A stretch of DNA of 64,000 nucleotides from NCBI GenBank assembly GCA_964016885.1, contig OZ024740.1:70308001-70372000 (forward strand), written 5' to 3'. This DNA comes from Eledone cirrhosa (Eukaryota). Of this stretch, positions 40,292 to 55,218 are shown piece after piece. Each line of letters begins with the position of its first letter. Position 1 is the first letter of the stretch. The translations under genes and the position numbers were made by a program. The notes beneath the pieces were generated by a model, which made no database searches, was not told the DNA's origin, and was given only the letters and a program-made list of their open reading frames with translations.

Positions 40292-42716
40292 CAGTGGGTC
40301 CTCGATATACGGTAGTTCTTTATCCGGTAAATTCATAGATACGGTTTGGGGTAATTACTACCATCAATTCTATTTACGGTAAAAAAAATTCACAGATACG
40401 GTTTTTGGTCGTTTTTTGTTTATATTGTAAAGTAGTGCCACCTGTAGTAAGCAATAAATTCCCCCTTGAATTTGTGGAAACTGACTGCTATTCGAATTCT
40501 AGGAAAATTGTGTTACTACTGCTATCGTACTAACTGACCTTACAGAGAAACTGGCCAATCACGAGCGAGTTCAGATATCGGTCGATGACATCATAACTCT
40601 TAACTGATCACTTTAGTTCGGAAAACTAGCGTGTCCTCTCAGCGAGAGAATTTTTGCCGAACTGAAGTGATCAGTTAAGAGTTATGACGTCATTCAAAGT
40701 AAGAGAAAACCCGACGGCGTGTTTTTGGAGCATAATTATCACGGCATATCTTATAACCCATATCTCATGGCCCCAAAACGTCCTGCGAATATTGCTGATG
40801 CAGACGCATGAGGAAGAGCCTGACTTTGGAGATAAAGCTGGACATTTTGAAAAGGAAGGAGCAGGGCAAGGTACGTCCGCCATAAGTCGTAACTTAGGCC
40901 TAGCGCAGTCTACAGTCTGGACTGTTTTAAAAAACAGTGAGGCTGTCCAAAAGGCTGGGGAGAATGCTACGAGTCTACAGAGTAAATTGTTGACCAAACA
41001 TGGTGAGCCGATTATGGATAGGATGGAAAAGTTGCTCAAAATTTGGATCGACGACCAAAATCGTGAAATATGCCTCTGTCTTTAAATGTAATCAGTGAGA
41101 AAGCATTGTCCGTTATTGACAGGCTCAAGACTGAAATGGGGGTGGAGGACTTTGTATTCAAGACAAGCAAAGGCTGGTTTGATAAGTTCAAACGGCGTTC
41201 GAGTCTTCACAACATAAATGTTACAAAATTCAAGGCAGTGTTAGAGAAATGCATTGCAGAGAAGGGGTACAGCAAAAAACAGGTTACTAATTATGATGAA
41301 ACAGGACTTTATTAGAAAAAGATGAACAGCAATAATTATATTGACAAGGAGGAGAAAAGTGCGAAGGGGTTCAAAGCCTCGAAGGACCGCGCTACTCTGT
41401 TACTTGGAGGGAATGCAGAAGGAGATTTAAAGCTAAAGCCACTCATTATCTACCATTCTGAAACTCCAGGAGCACTCAAGGGGTTACTTAAGCAATACCT
41501 ACAAGTGATATGGAAGTCTAATAAGAAGGCATGACTGATCACTTCAATTCACCAGGATCTTTTCACCTCATATCTGTCACCAACCCTTAAGCAATATGCA
41601 TTAGCTAACGACATTGCCAACCGTTTTCTGCTATTAGTGGACAACGCCCCCAGCCACCCACGGGCAATGGCTGACTGGTCAGAAAATATTGAGATTTTGT
41701 TTTTCCCCCCAAACACCACAGCTCTCATTCAGCCGATGGATCAAACAGTCATCAAAACATTTAAGGCATACTACCAACGAGAACCATGCAGCAGCTGATA
41801 AAGGGCACAGATGGGCCTGACAAGCCCACGATCAGGGAATGGTGGAAATTGTACAACATCAAGCACGGCTTAGACAACATCAAGGCATCTTGGAAAGAAG
41901 TGAAGCAGTCTACCATGAACTTGGCCTGGAAGAAATTATGGCCAGCATGTGTGAATGACTTCCTAGACTTTGCTGAGGACATTGGTGCGATAAAAAAAGA
42001 TATTGTAAATCTCTGCCATAGAGCTGGCTTCGATGGTGTTAATGATAATTATGATGATGTGCAAGACCTTTTGGAAAACCACGCTGAACCACTCTCCAAT
42101 GATGAACTCATAGAACTAGACAAAGCGATACAGGAGACAGAAAAAGAAGAAGAGGAGGAAGAAGAACCTGTGCGTCTCGGGAGTATCGAAACAATCTTAG
42201 AAACCCTGAAGGAGCGTGACCCCAACCCTGCTAGGAGCAGCAAAGTGGCTCAAGAAAAAAGCGTCAAGATTTACCAAGAAATGTATGAAGCCAAAAGAAA
42301 CACCGCTAAACAGACCTTCATTTACTCTTTCTTCAAGCCAGTCACACCTGCCAACCGTGCTACAGCTGGCCCTTCAACATCCCCTGCAGTCAACGAGTTT
42401 GTTGGTTTTGAGTCTCCCACATCACCTTCATCCTCTCCTGCCAACTCAGCCCAAGATGAGTAAGGGCTGAAACCCATACTGTCCCTTAGCCTCGGGAGGG
42501 ATAAATGAAGAGGTACATCATCTGATGGATTACGCAGCATGTATAAGGTACAGTAAATTTTAAAAAAACATTATTTCTTTTCTGGAGGGATGACATTTTC
42601 GATGTGCTGGAACGCATCCCTATCTATTTCATGTTATAATGGGTTCTTTATACGGTAATTCGATATACGGTAAGGGTTTCTGGAACGCATATATACCGTA
42701 TATCGAGGACTCACTG
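40292..42716 (+). mobile_element. Full-length Tigger/pogo DNA transposon
   Basis: 23-bp TIRs CAGTGGGTCCTCGATATACGGTA / TACCGTATATCGAGGACTCACTG, TA on both sides, subterminal ATACGG(T/TA) repeats. Confidence 0.93.
40767..42463 (+). pseudogene. Tigger/pogo transposase (CENP-B-like HTH plus DDD), disrupted
   Basis: MAPKR start; LAQSTVWTVLKN; FKTSKGWFDKFKRR; NYDETGL; KASKDRATLLLGGNAEG; DNAPSHP; PPNTTALIQPMDQ; several frameshifts and stops. Confidence 0.92.
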
Positions 42717-42770
42717 TATATACATGGCCAGTATTGTGGTTTGAATCAACAACTTTGTTATCATTATTTT

Positions 42771-42945
42771 TCGGTAGAGGGTCGGACGCTATGCTTTGCA
42801 GCAAAGAGTTACGGCCCTTTATGATTTGAGTTCAAATCCCGCCAAGGTTAACTTTGCCTTTCATCCTTACGGGGTCGATAAAATAAAGTACCAGTAATAC
42901 ACTGGGATAATTGCTGGCCTTGTGCCAAAAGTAGAAACAATTATT
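42771..42945 (+). mobile_element. tRNA-derived SINE, family A
   Basis: Close match to 33550-33721. Confidence 0.85.
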
Positions 42946-43314
42946 TTTTATATTTAATGTTCTATTTACATTGCTGTAGTCTTCTAAAATAGTGTTCTCT
43001 CTCGTTCGTCCTCCCACTTCTCTCTCTCTCTATATATATATGTGTATATAAATATATATATATAATTGTGATAAAATTTGCTCCGGACATAACGCCCGTG
43101 TCTGAAACAACCCGCAGAAGTAGAATCAGCCAGATCCATACAAGGACCATGACTCGAGTTACATGCCGGCGAAACATTTGTAACACGAAATAAACTAAGT
43201 CCAGAAGCATCACTGATTTTTCGTTTTCTTTATAATATCTACACTCTACTCTGATGAATATCGAGTGCTAATTTTGGCATACCGCCTACGGAAGCACCAT
43301 AGCTACCACTATAC

Positions 43315-43401
<87 letters not shown>

Positions 43402-43435
43402 GAGAGAGACAGACAGATGTACAAACATCTCCATA

Positions 43436-43469
<34 letters not shown>

Positions 43470-43878
43470 CTATACCCATACAGACATATGTATATACGAA
43501 TATATGTGTGTGTACTTGCTTCCTTATGTGTGTCTGTGTATCTGTTAGAGAGACGCCATCACACAAAAATAACAATAAGAAATCAACAATAGAAAATGTT
43601 CAACATTACCAAATATGAAAGGAATATATAATATATAATATATATGATATATAAAAGATAAAGAAAACAACTGGTTATGGGGAAGGGGGAGAACGATAGG
43701 AGTCAACTATAGAAGTGGGGGATGAGTTATGGTGAAAAATGAGCGGGTTGTAGTGAGAGAAACAAAGAAACATTTAAGCTAGTAAAGAAGGAATGATAGG
43801 TGGGGGAGAGTATAATGATGGGTGGAGGAGATGAAAGAGAGAGGGTGGGTGAGGAATAGTGGGAGACAAGAAAATAAT

Positions 43879-43932
<54 letters not shown>

Positions 43933-44796
43933 TGATTGATAGGTAGATAGATAGATAAAATGAGAGAGAATGTATGTGAGTGTGTGTTAGCTCGCGTGTG
44001 AAAGCGAGACAGTGAACATGAGTAAGTGTAAGAGAAGTGGTGAGAGCTAAATAGAGAGAAAGTATATGATCAGTTAAGAAGGAAAGAGAAAAAGATAGAG
44101 GGGTGGGAGTGAAGAAGATGTGTGTGTGAAAAAGGGCAGACTGTCTGGGTTTGTGGAAGAGAAAGACGATGAGCAAAAGAGCGCGAGTAAGAAATGACTA
44201 AAATAAAGGGAAAACGAACGTGTGTGTGTGAATACGCCAAAGCCAGATAGTAACAGAGAGGGGGAGGTAGAGAATCAGATTGGATTATGAGAAAGACAGA
44301 GGGAAAGAGGGGGAGAGAGAGAGAAGGGGAGAGTGAGAGTGAGAAGGAGGGAGAGAGAGAGAGAGAATAAAAGAGATACAGAATAGGACAGAGATAAGAT
44401 AGAAGAGAGATTTTCTAAAAGTGGTCGAAAACTATAAAAAGTTACGGGACAATGGTTTTGTTTCGAAGGCGTTAAAGACTGTGTGTGTTTGTGTGTCTGT
44501 GTGTGTTTGCGTGTGCGTGCGTCAGTGTATGTGTATGTGTATGCACAAGCGTATGTGTGGACGTATGTGTGAAAGGGGAAATAGAGAGAGAAGAAAAAGA
44601 GACAGGTTAAGAGAGAAAGAAGTGAAAAAGGCAAAATAGAAAAGTCAAACAACATGATGAGGCGAATAAGCGTGTGTGTGTGTATATACGTGCGTGTGTA
44701 TGTGTGTAAAAAAGAGAGAAAGAGGGAGAAAGAAATGGAGAGGGATAAAGTCGAACATAAAACAAAGCGAATAATAGAAAAAGACAGAGGGAGAGA

Positions 44797-44877
<81 letters not shown>

Positions 44878-45319
44878 TGGAGATATAAGAAAAAGTCAAA
44901 TGAAGAGTAAAGAAATTATGTGTGTGTGTTTGTATGTGTGTGAGTGTGTGAGTGTTGTATGTGTTTGAGTGAAAGAGAGAGTGGGAGAGAGAAATAAAGA
45001 AAGAATGGATGAATGAAATTGTGAGGGTATGAGAACGTTGAACATATAAGGGGAAGAGGAGATTAAAGAGAAGGGGAGAGAGAGGTGTTGTGTGTGAGTG
45101 AGAGACAGAGACAGAGAGAGAGAGGCAGAGAGAATGAGAGAGAGGTGTGAAGGAGTCGAACGTAAGAAGATGAGGTGAAAACTTAATGGACGCCAGCTTC
45201 TTCATCTCTTTTGTATGCAATCCTCACATCTGATCGAAATGGACGTTAACAGTTGATGGTGATAGGACATGTTTGTTTGTATGTGTGTGTACGTATATGT
45301 GTGTGTATATATGTATGTA

Positions 45320-45450
<131 letters not shown>

Positions 45451-45487
45451 GTATGCATGTATATATGTGTGTATATATATATTTGTG

Positions 45488-45553
<66 letters not shown>

Positions 45554-47309
45554 CATATATATGCATGTGTGTATATATATGTGTGTGTGTGCGTGTGAAG
45601 TCAGTTTCAAGACAAAAAGGCCATTTCATTTCGTTTCATTCTCTTATATGTTGAAACCTCCAAAATCTGGCTTCAAACATCAGACATACCGCCATGTTTT
45701 ATACGAATGCAACAAAACAAATTCCCAGACATTGTGCTTCTTTGTCTTTCATCCCTTTCACACTGGGGCAATAGAATAAAGTGTTATCGTGTACTGAGGT
45801 CGATTATTACATCAACTGTTATCTTTATAAATGGATGAAACCTAAGTTGAGTGGTTTCACTGTTTCGCTTTCCAATCATGAGGTTTCGTGTTCGATCCCA
45901 CTGCTTGCCATCTTGGGCAAATGTCTTTAACATAGTTGTATTACATTGAATCTCGCTGAGAATTACGTTAAAGGAACACGTGTCTGTGTGGATGTAACAC
46001 AACCGAATGGGTAAGAAATTCTCTCCACAATCATGAGGACTCGGGTTTAATCTTAGAGCTTAACATCTTGGGCGGGTGTGTTTTTTTTATGTTTGTTTGT
46101 TTTTTTGTTTTGTTTTTTTTGTCTCAGACCCACTCAAGCCTCCAACTAAACTGGGTTGACTGATGGATTGTGGTTCTAAATCAATGGTCCAGCCGTGTTA
46201 CATTGTATAACACTGAATCGCATCAGAATTACATTAAGTGTACACGTGTTTATGTGGATGCAGTATAACCGAAAGTTTAACAAATTTGCTTTGCAATCAA
46301 AAGTTTCCATGTTTGATCTCATTGCTTCGAACCTTGGGCAATTATCTGTTATCATATCCTCGGAGCAACCGGAGCTTTTTAAGTGAAACTGGGTGGGTGG
46401 AGGCTGTCGAAGCCCGTCCCGATAGATTGTACTAATAATTCAACGATCCAGCCTTATCTTACTTTGGCTCACGTTGAGTCGCTCTGAGAATTACGTTAAG
46501 TATACACGTGTCTATGCGAACGCAGAATGGCCAAATTGTTAGCTTCTCTTTGTAATTATGAATTCCCGTGTTAGATCTGTTTTCTTAGCATCAGAATGTT
46601 CCTAGTCTTATGAATGAAATTTTCTAAACTGAAAGTGTATGGAAACCCGTCAGGTGGATTGTAATTCAAAAGAACAACTTTGTCACATATTGTGTCATGT
46701 TGATTTTCCCTTTGAATTATGTTAAGTGTTCACGTGTTTATGGAATATTAAATCCTGCCAAAGACAACTTTGCCTTTTATTCTTTCGAGGTCGATAAAAT
46801 TAGGGATTTTTACAGAGTTGGAGGTGATGCCACTGTAGTATTTGAACTAAGTGGAGTTTCATCTCAGAGCATATATACAAGGGAAATTTGACTTTCGTAA
46901 GATTTGAACTAAAAGTTCACAGAGCTTGTTTCTTGATCTGCTTGGATTAGCAGCCAGCCATTCTTCAAGCTACACGTTAGAGTTTTTAAAAGATGGAGAC
47001 ATGAGATAGTATACTCCCGCCGCATACCTTTTAAAATAGGATGGCTTCGGCTGGAAGTTTTTTTGTTTTGTTTTTTTCATAGATCTGGGGAAACAAAGTA
47101 ATATGCCATCGGTAGCAAGGATAACCGTTGAGTATTTAGTTTCGTCCCTTTATAATCTATGTTCCAATCCCACTAGAATCGAGTTCGTTTTTAGTTTCTT
47201 ACTGTTATATTTACAATTGTTCAGTTCAGTATTATGTATAAAAATCAAAAATAAGAGATGTCGCTGGGAATATACTTATATTAATTCAATATAAAATGTT
47301 CATACATGT

Positions 47310-47620
47310 ATGATTAAGAAGTTCACTTCATAAGCACGCAGTTCCGGATCCGACACAGCTATATGATACCGCTATGGGCAAATGTCTTATACTGTAGAGC
47401 TGGGTTAACCAATCAATGCTTTGTGTGGTGTTTGTGAAGCGAAAACAATGATGAAAACCGGTGTGCGCGTGTGATTATGTGTAGGAGTTGTTTTATGAGT
47501 TTATGCTTAGACATTCGATAGAGATCGTTAAATAACTACTGTGAGTCGATTTGATCGGCTAAAAGCCATAGAAGGCGGTGCCCAACATGGCCACCGTCCA
47601 ATGACAGGATCTAGTAGAAG
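47310..47620 (+). mobile_element. Degenerate tRNA-derived SINE
   Basis: Degenerate tRNA-like head, TGGGCAAATGTCTT core, tail GAAGGCGGTGCCCAACATGGCC. Confidence 0.55.
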
Positions 47621-48720
47621 AAAATAATCAAATACCTTTCTCCTACTATACCAACCACATAACCACTTCACATCAAAATGAAAAAAGAAAAAATTAGCCG
47701 TTTACTTCATCATCAAAAGATATATTTATCGTTAAAAGAAATCTTTTGTATGCAATCCTAACATAAAGTTCTATTGATCAAAAACGACGCTAACATTTTG
47801 ACGATAATGGAGCAAAAGAAAGTGATTTAAAAAAGGCCAGCATATTTTATTCCCTTCTCTTATGCTCAATACACCAAAATCTGTCTTCAAATACCAGACA
47901 CAATGCCATCTTTTATACGAATGCAAGAAAACAAATTCCTAGACATTGCGCCCTTTTTTCTTTGAATATTACTATATAAGTATTAATATTATTAATTTAA
48001 TATTCTTAATCCTATTTTTCATATTCCTTTTTTTTTTCACCCGCTTCACTTTTCTTTCTTCCTCTTCTCTGTCTCCTACTCACCAAAGAATTTGTCAACC
48101 CGAGTCTATCACAGAAGATACTTGCTTAAGCTGTTTAATAGTAGGAGTGAACTCAAAATAATGTTGTTGAACAACCTTACAATGCACCCCTATCTGCACA
48201 TATATATCGATGCACGTTTATGTTTACCCGTGTAAAATGGCAGTGTGTCCCATTATTTGAAATGTTATCAAGTTATTCGAAAAATGAAGGTCATTAAGAT
48301 AAATACTACAGTCATGATTATCTAAATACTCTTGGCGTTGGTGCCTCCGCATGGCCGCAGTCCAACGACTGAAAGCATTAAAATAAAAGTATTGCTTCCC
48401 CCTGACTCCACCCGTACAACGCCACAAAAATAATCTGCCTATTGCTTTGTCAAAAGATAACTTTTGTATGCAATCCTTACATAAACTCAAGATTCTATTG
48501 ATCAAAATGGAGGCTAACAATTTGACGATGATACAATAAAAAAAAAAATATGTATTAAAAAAGCTCAGTTTATTTCATGGCTTTCTCTTATGTTCACATC
48601 TCCAAAATCTGTCTTCAAACACCAGACACAACGTCATCTTTTATGCAAATACAAGAAAACAAATTCCCAGACATTAGGCATTTTTCTTTGGATATATTGT
48701 CATTTATCTTATTATTAGAA

Positions 48721-48761
<41 letters not shown>

Positions 48762-48762
48762 G

Positions 48763-48940
48763 GTGGTGGTGGTTTGGCAGTATTGGTAGAGTGTAAAACA
48801 TGATTTATGGCAAGAGTTACGCCCCTTAACGATCTAAGTTCAAATCCTGCCGAGGTTAGTTTTACCTTTCATCATAAATTAAAATACCAGTCATGCACTG
48901 GGGTAGATTTGATCGACCCCCCCCCCCTACACAAAATTGT
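48763..48940 (+). mobile_element. SINE family A (degenerate)
   Basis: TGGCAGTATTGGTAGAG..AAGTTCAAATCCTGCCGAGGTT. Confidence 0.7.
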
Positions 48941-48959
48941 TGTAACTGTTATTTTGTTT

Positions 48960-49128
48960 GTTCCTTTGTCGACACATACTCAAACACATTCTAACCCATA
49001 TCAGAGACAGAATTCACATACCCGAGTACTTCCACATCTCGAAGCGAAAGATAAGGGTGAACCCCCAAAACACGAAAAAAAAAGAAAGCATTTAAAAAAC
49101 CATCTTGCCTCACAGCAACACACACAGG

Positions 49129-49211
<83 letters not shown>

Positions 49212-50095
49212 AAATACACACGTCCACACACACACACACGCAGACACCAGAAAATACAGAAAACAGACCCACAACAAATACAGAAACATCTACCACAACA
49301 TGAAACCCACTAACAACACCACAACAGCCAACGCAACCAACACTACTACAACTACCCACAAAAAGAAAATATACACAACAACAACCATCATACAGACACC
49401 AAACCTCGAGCTAGTGAGGAGAGCTAGTGAGGAGAGCTGGTGAGGAGAGCTAGTGAGGAGAGCTAACGAAGAATTGATGGCTCTCATACCACAAAGTAAA
49501 TATATTGAGCGAGACGGGGCGATTTCTCGCACCAGCACTTTTAATGTGCCACAAAATCTAATGATGGCATGCATGTCTCTTAAACCTTCAAAGACATTAA
49601 GGAGGACTTCACCAACAACGTGGGAACTCCTAATGTAAGGCTTTTAAAGGGGTTCCCAGAGGATTCCCAACCAGATATAGAGATCGAACCAACTGATCTC
49701 CAACAGAACACGAAGGGCAAATAGCCCCCACCTCCTTTTTTTTCTCTAAACTCTATCAAGCCAACATAGCAATAGTAAGAAGTGTGTATAAACATACATG
49801 GCCAGAGGTCGTCATAGAAGCGAGCTCCCTTGCTCAACGACTTCAGGTCACTAGCTGTCGGCAAGGCTAGGATTTCAGTTTCGCTTGCTCTAGCCCTCAT
49901 GTTTGACGATTTTAAGATCTATGCATATCTTACGTGGCCTGGAACGGGAGCGGATAGCAATGATCTTTAGGAAAGGCCTGGATCTTGAGGAACAAATGGT
50001 AAGTTGGTGGTCGTGGGCGTAAGCAATAATGAAGGTGGTGTTTTTAATCTGGTCATCGTCTACGCCCCGACTCGGGCCGGACGACCAGATTCTTT
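48960..50095 (+). mobile_element. Old Tx1-like fragment (ORF1 end and ORF2 start)
   Basis: TFKDIKEDFTNNVGTPNVRLLKGFP resembles ORF1 NYKSLKKNFPKDVGNPCVK..LLKSFP; KLVVVGVSNNEGGVFNLVIVYAPT resembles ORF2 RLVVLDADGSEGGAFRLMAAYAPS. Confidence 0.7.
49408..49465. repeat. 13-bp minisatellite (GAGCTAGTGAGGA) x4
   Basis: Direct reading. Confidence 0.9.
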
Positions 50096-50139
<44 letters not shown>

Positions 50140-50140
50140 A

Positions 50141-50213
<73 letters not shown>

Positions 50214-51869
50214 GGTGGTGGTGATGGTAGTAGTAGTAGCTGTGGTAGCAGCAGCAGTGTAAGATAAAGAGTTATTTGACGTCCAGATAAGTAGAAAAAT
50301 GGAGAGAAAAAACTTCAGAGAAGGATGGGGTGGTGGTTACGAACAGTGGAGTTTATATAGTTGTGGTGGTGATGAAAATGTGTTTGACAGAGAGAGGGGA
50401 GTAAAGGGGAGGTTTGGTGGAGTGGTGGGAGAAAAAAGTAACGTTTGAATTGAGGAATAGTAGAGGTGATAAGATAGTGATAAAAAGATATATAAGTAAG
50501 CCTGTGGTAAATCTGTGATGATGATGATGATGATGAAGATGATGACGGTTATGGAGAAGATAAATATGTTGATAGTGATCCTGATGAATTAGTAGAGTCT
50601 TTAGAATGTGAGAAAAAATTTCTTGCAGCATTTTTTTCGGTCCTCTGCACTCTGAGTTCAAACCCCGCCGATTCATCTTTTTAAGGTCGAGTTTATCATT
50701 ACTAATGTGACGAACGTGCTTTCTCTTTTTCCCCCATCAATTTCAATGCCTCACATTTTTAACACGTTATCATGCTTTCTTCTTGCTTTTTTTCCTTTTT
50801 CCTTTGTTTCCTTCATGAGGGTTTCGGGCTATAAGAGGCACAATACCGTCCCTTGAAGTCACGTGAAATTGTATGTATACTTGTCATAGCTTAGTTGCAA
50901 TAAGTTGCTGTTTTGTCTCGTCTCTTACTCCATAGGACAGCGCTTTGACTTGTGTCAGACCCTGTGATCTCTACCAGCAATACCGCTGGTAGAGGTCGAA
51001 ACTGCCAAAGTCCATCTCAACGGCCGATGACCCTAGAGTTCTGTGTCTTTCGTTTGTATTTTTATTTTCAAAAAATTATTTTCTAAGGTTTCCCCCTTTA
51101 AAAAATTGTTTTTTCACTTTGCCTTGTTTTCGTTCGTTGTCTTGTCCTCTCTTTGTTGATTTTCCTAAGTTTATTGATATTATAAATTCCCTTGCTGTAT
51201 TTGTTCCGGCTCCTAGCGTTCTGAATCTTAATCCCGCCGTTACCTATTTTAATGCTAGACTTAACCCGCCGCCCGGTTTAACTCCACCAGACCCTTGGGT
51301 ATTCTCAGCTGAGTGAACCGTGCTGCAAGTATTTCGAGCAGGTTTTCAATTTGAGAATATCTCTCTCCCTTCCATCTCATTGGTGCTAGTGCTGGTGGAC
51401 TAAAATTTTTGTGGTGTTGGTAAAGGTGAAAATACTAGTATTGTTGTTGTTTAATTCCAAGTCAGCAAAGATATTCCAGTTGTGACCGTCTAATTGGAGC
51501 TGTTGTTGATGATGTACGTCATGAATTGGTTTTGACGATATAAGAGATGTTGGTAGTGATGGCAGTGCTAATGTTTTTTGTAGCTGTTTAACCCAAGCTC
51601 AGCATAAATCCAACTGGCTTAGGATCAAATATTTTCTAGTTTTGACCCTTTGATATGTGGTTGTTGATAGTGTACATTTTTGTGGGTCTTAGGTTTTGAT
51701 GAGTATTGTAACAATGTTAGTGTTGGTGCATTTGTTGCTGCCGTTGAGCTCCAGATGAATCCCAAATCCAAGTGACTATCTCTGTTGTGCTGTTCGTGGA
51801 GGTATAAGTTTTGGGTGGGGGTTTGGCTGGATTGGTGCTGTTGGTAGTGATGGCTATGCTCATATTGTT

Positions 51870-52070
51870 GTCATTGTTTAGCCCCAGGCCAGTAATGATC
51901 CAACAATTCTATCGTCAAAGAGGTGCTAGCGATGATCATCCCAACCATGTTATATGGCAGAGAGTACATTCACCAAGGTTTTTTTAGTTTTTCTTTTCTT
52001 TTTTTAACGATATGGTGTGATTCTAGTGAAGTTTGGCTGCTGTTTCTAATTTATCGAGCAAACTCGTAGT
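51870..52070. repeat. Old unclassified dispersed repeat
   Basis: Motif TTTGGCTGCT(A/G)TTTCTA and flanks recur at about 1600, 12945, 13290, 25980, 32860 and 58700. Confidence 0.5.
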
Positions 52071-52213
52071 GAATTCCTTATTGGCCCACAATGAATTAAT
52101 GTTGATAGAAATGATATGTGGATAGTGACAAGGTGTTGGTGCTGGTGATGATAGTAGCATGTGTGATGGTGTTAGTGATTGGAATGACACACATGGTGAT
52201 GAAGATGGTGGAG

Positions 52214-52258
<45 letters not shown>

Positions 52259-52730
52259 ATGGCGATGGTGGTGGTAGTGGTAGTGGTAGTGATGGTGATG
52301 GTGGTGGTAGTGGTAGTCATAGTGGTGGTTGTGGTGGTGGTTAAGAGGAACAAACAAAGCGAGGAGGAGGGTAAGACAAAAAGGAGTAGAAGGGGTGGGT
52401 GAGGCTAGAGAGAGTAGATTAAGGGTCGAGGTGGGGAGGGGGTGGCAAGAAGAAATGTATGTCAAGGGATGGGAAGGGAGGAGTGGTGTTGTAATGTGGT
52501 GTTGGCTTGTAAAGCAAAAGTGTTAAAGTGGTTGGAAGCTAAAGTGTGATATTGATACGGTTGGTGTAGGAATGGCAGAGTGTGAGGAGATGGTGGTAGC
52601 TAGGTGAGTAGGGTGGGATTCAGGAGGAAACGTTGAGGGGTTAGGGTAGGTAAGGTATCGGTGTAGCTAGGTCAGTAGAGTAATATATAGACCTTAGAGA
52701 TACAGAAAGAATCCACCAACTGATATACAA

Positions 52731-52792
<62 letters not shown>

Positions 52793-53134
52793 GTATATAC
52801 ATTTACATATACATATATATATATACGTGTGTGTGTGTGTGTGTATATATATATACATATATATATACATATATATATATACATATAAATATATATATAT
52901 ATATATATAAAATATTTAAAAAATTATCTTTCACCGAAAGTGATTTTTCATTGCATCTCTTCTTTCCATGATATCCGGATTACATTGAGTTCTTCATACG
53001 GATTGGACACTACCGTAAACTCTTGGTAGATTTATCTACATATATATATATATATATATATTTCGACGGCTAATTCAATCCAGAATTAGCCGTCGAAACG
53101 GCTTGAACTCTGCCGTCGGGGTCATACATTTTAC

Positions 53135-53196
<62 letters not shown>

Positions 53197-53311
53197 AGAG
53201 GTAGAACACTGGTAAACCACTCAGTCTATGGGACGAGTTACGAGGTGAGGGTCCGCTAAGGTGAAAGAATTGTTCTCGGTATGGTGAACTAACTGTTGTG
53301 TAACCACTTCC

Positions 53312-53347
<36 letters not shown>

Positions 53348-53434
53348 ATTGACGTTTATAGGCTCTTTTATGGACCACATCCAATATTCGAGGTTTTTTA
53401 CTTTTCGCGGGAGGTCTAGGAACGTAACCACCGC

Positions 53435-53604
<170 letters not shown>

Positions 53605-53726
53605 TAGTAAAGATTTGATAGAAATATCCAAGGGTAAGAGCACTCAGTCCATAGAACGAGTTTAGCACAAACAGTTACAATAGTGACTATTGAATTGAAC
53701 GATGGCCCCGGAGGGAGCCATCTAAC

Positions 53727-53772
53727 AGGCTGAATGAGTTGAGGTACAGAATCCAACGAAACTTAAGTACCT
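53727..53772 (+). ncRNA. Minimal hammerhead ribozyme with a 1-nt core insertion (family F)
   Basis: agg-CTGAATGA-gttg..caac-GAAA-cttaag-TA-cct. Confidence 0.65.
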
Positions 53773-54857
53773 TTATATGTCACGGTTGTAACTATATATA
53801 TATATAAACCCACTGGTGCGTATATTTTTATTGGCAGCCTGACCCTCCCAAAGTATAACAATATCTGTTTCAACACACGTTTTCAGATAAGAAATCTTGT
53901 AAAACAAATTAAAATACAAAGCAAACATATATATATATAGTTGAAAATTGCAAACTTGACTGTCACCACAGAATATGAACCTGAAGATTGCGAAAGCATG
54001 AAAGTACTTGTTCAATTAACACTTAACATTTAATGTTCTACCATACTATTTCATTCTAATACCATTATACATTTTAAAGGATTGTAAATAAAACGAGTAA
54101 ATCAGACAAAGTTGGAATTCCTTTTATTAATATAATCTTCTATACACAATCATACACACCCATGTATATTTATTTATTTATATATATATATATATTTGAT
54201 ATATGTTTATCCTTATCGAGCCCTCTTTGGATTTTAGTCTTCAAATTTATTATTATTACTATATATATTGCAACAATTATAAAATAATTCAATCTGTCGT
54301 ATTTAAGAAAAGATAATCTTTAAGTACACTTTTGTGGCTTTTAACCGTCACATTTTAACTATCCCAATAACTTATTTTAGTTATTATTCGCACTAGCCTG
54401 AAGTATCTGGTCTTTAATGCGAAGAAATACCTATGATGGCTAGTAGATCACTGATGATGGATTGTCCTATTTCTAAGTCTTCATTTTAATTTGTATATCA
54501 CATTTGCAACAACACAGCACGCCATTTTCATTCCTATATATATATATATATATATATATATTGGGAAGTGTATCGAGCAGGTGGATTGCATAGGTAACCC
54601 AGACTGCGTCAATGTGTGTATAAATATACATATTTTTAACATGTAAACATGTAAACATACCAGAAATACGAATTTCGCTGTAAATTGAAAAAAAAATGAC
54701 AAACATCTTTAATCCATTTGCGGACCTATTTGAGCCTTCATTGCATTTCATTATCATTATCATCAGTCCGTTTTCCATAATATCATAGGTTGATCAGGTT
54801 GTTACGATGAAGAATAGACGGATCGCGAGATCACATCTTGCTCATACGTTCGGTCGT

Positions 54858-54897
<40 letters not shown>

Positions 54898-55077
54898 TAG
54901 CCCGAATAAGGAAAGACGCCAATACTCGATTAAAGATCGCAACGTCATGAAACTTGAGTGGCCAACAAAATAATCCAGTTTAAATAGACTAAACACAATT
55001 CAACTATAAGATTCTTTTATAGTTAATAAGAATGATGGTAGCTTTTAATAGCAAAAGCAAATCAATTTCTAAATTTC

Positions 55078-55218
<141 letters not shown>

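Noticed and set aside
40684-41085. 133-aa ORF as an independent gene
   Set aside because: Frameshifted piece of the Tigger transposase.
43245-43310. CTGATGA followed by a short hairpin
   Set aside because: No GAAA or stem III in the right place.
50816-51160. Possible 3' end of the plus-strand Tx1 fragment
   Set aside because: Only vague similarity by eye.
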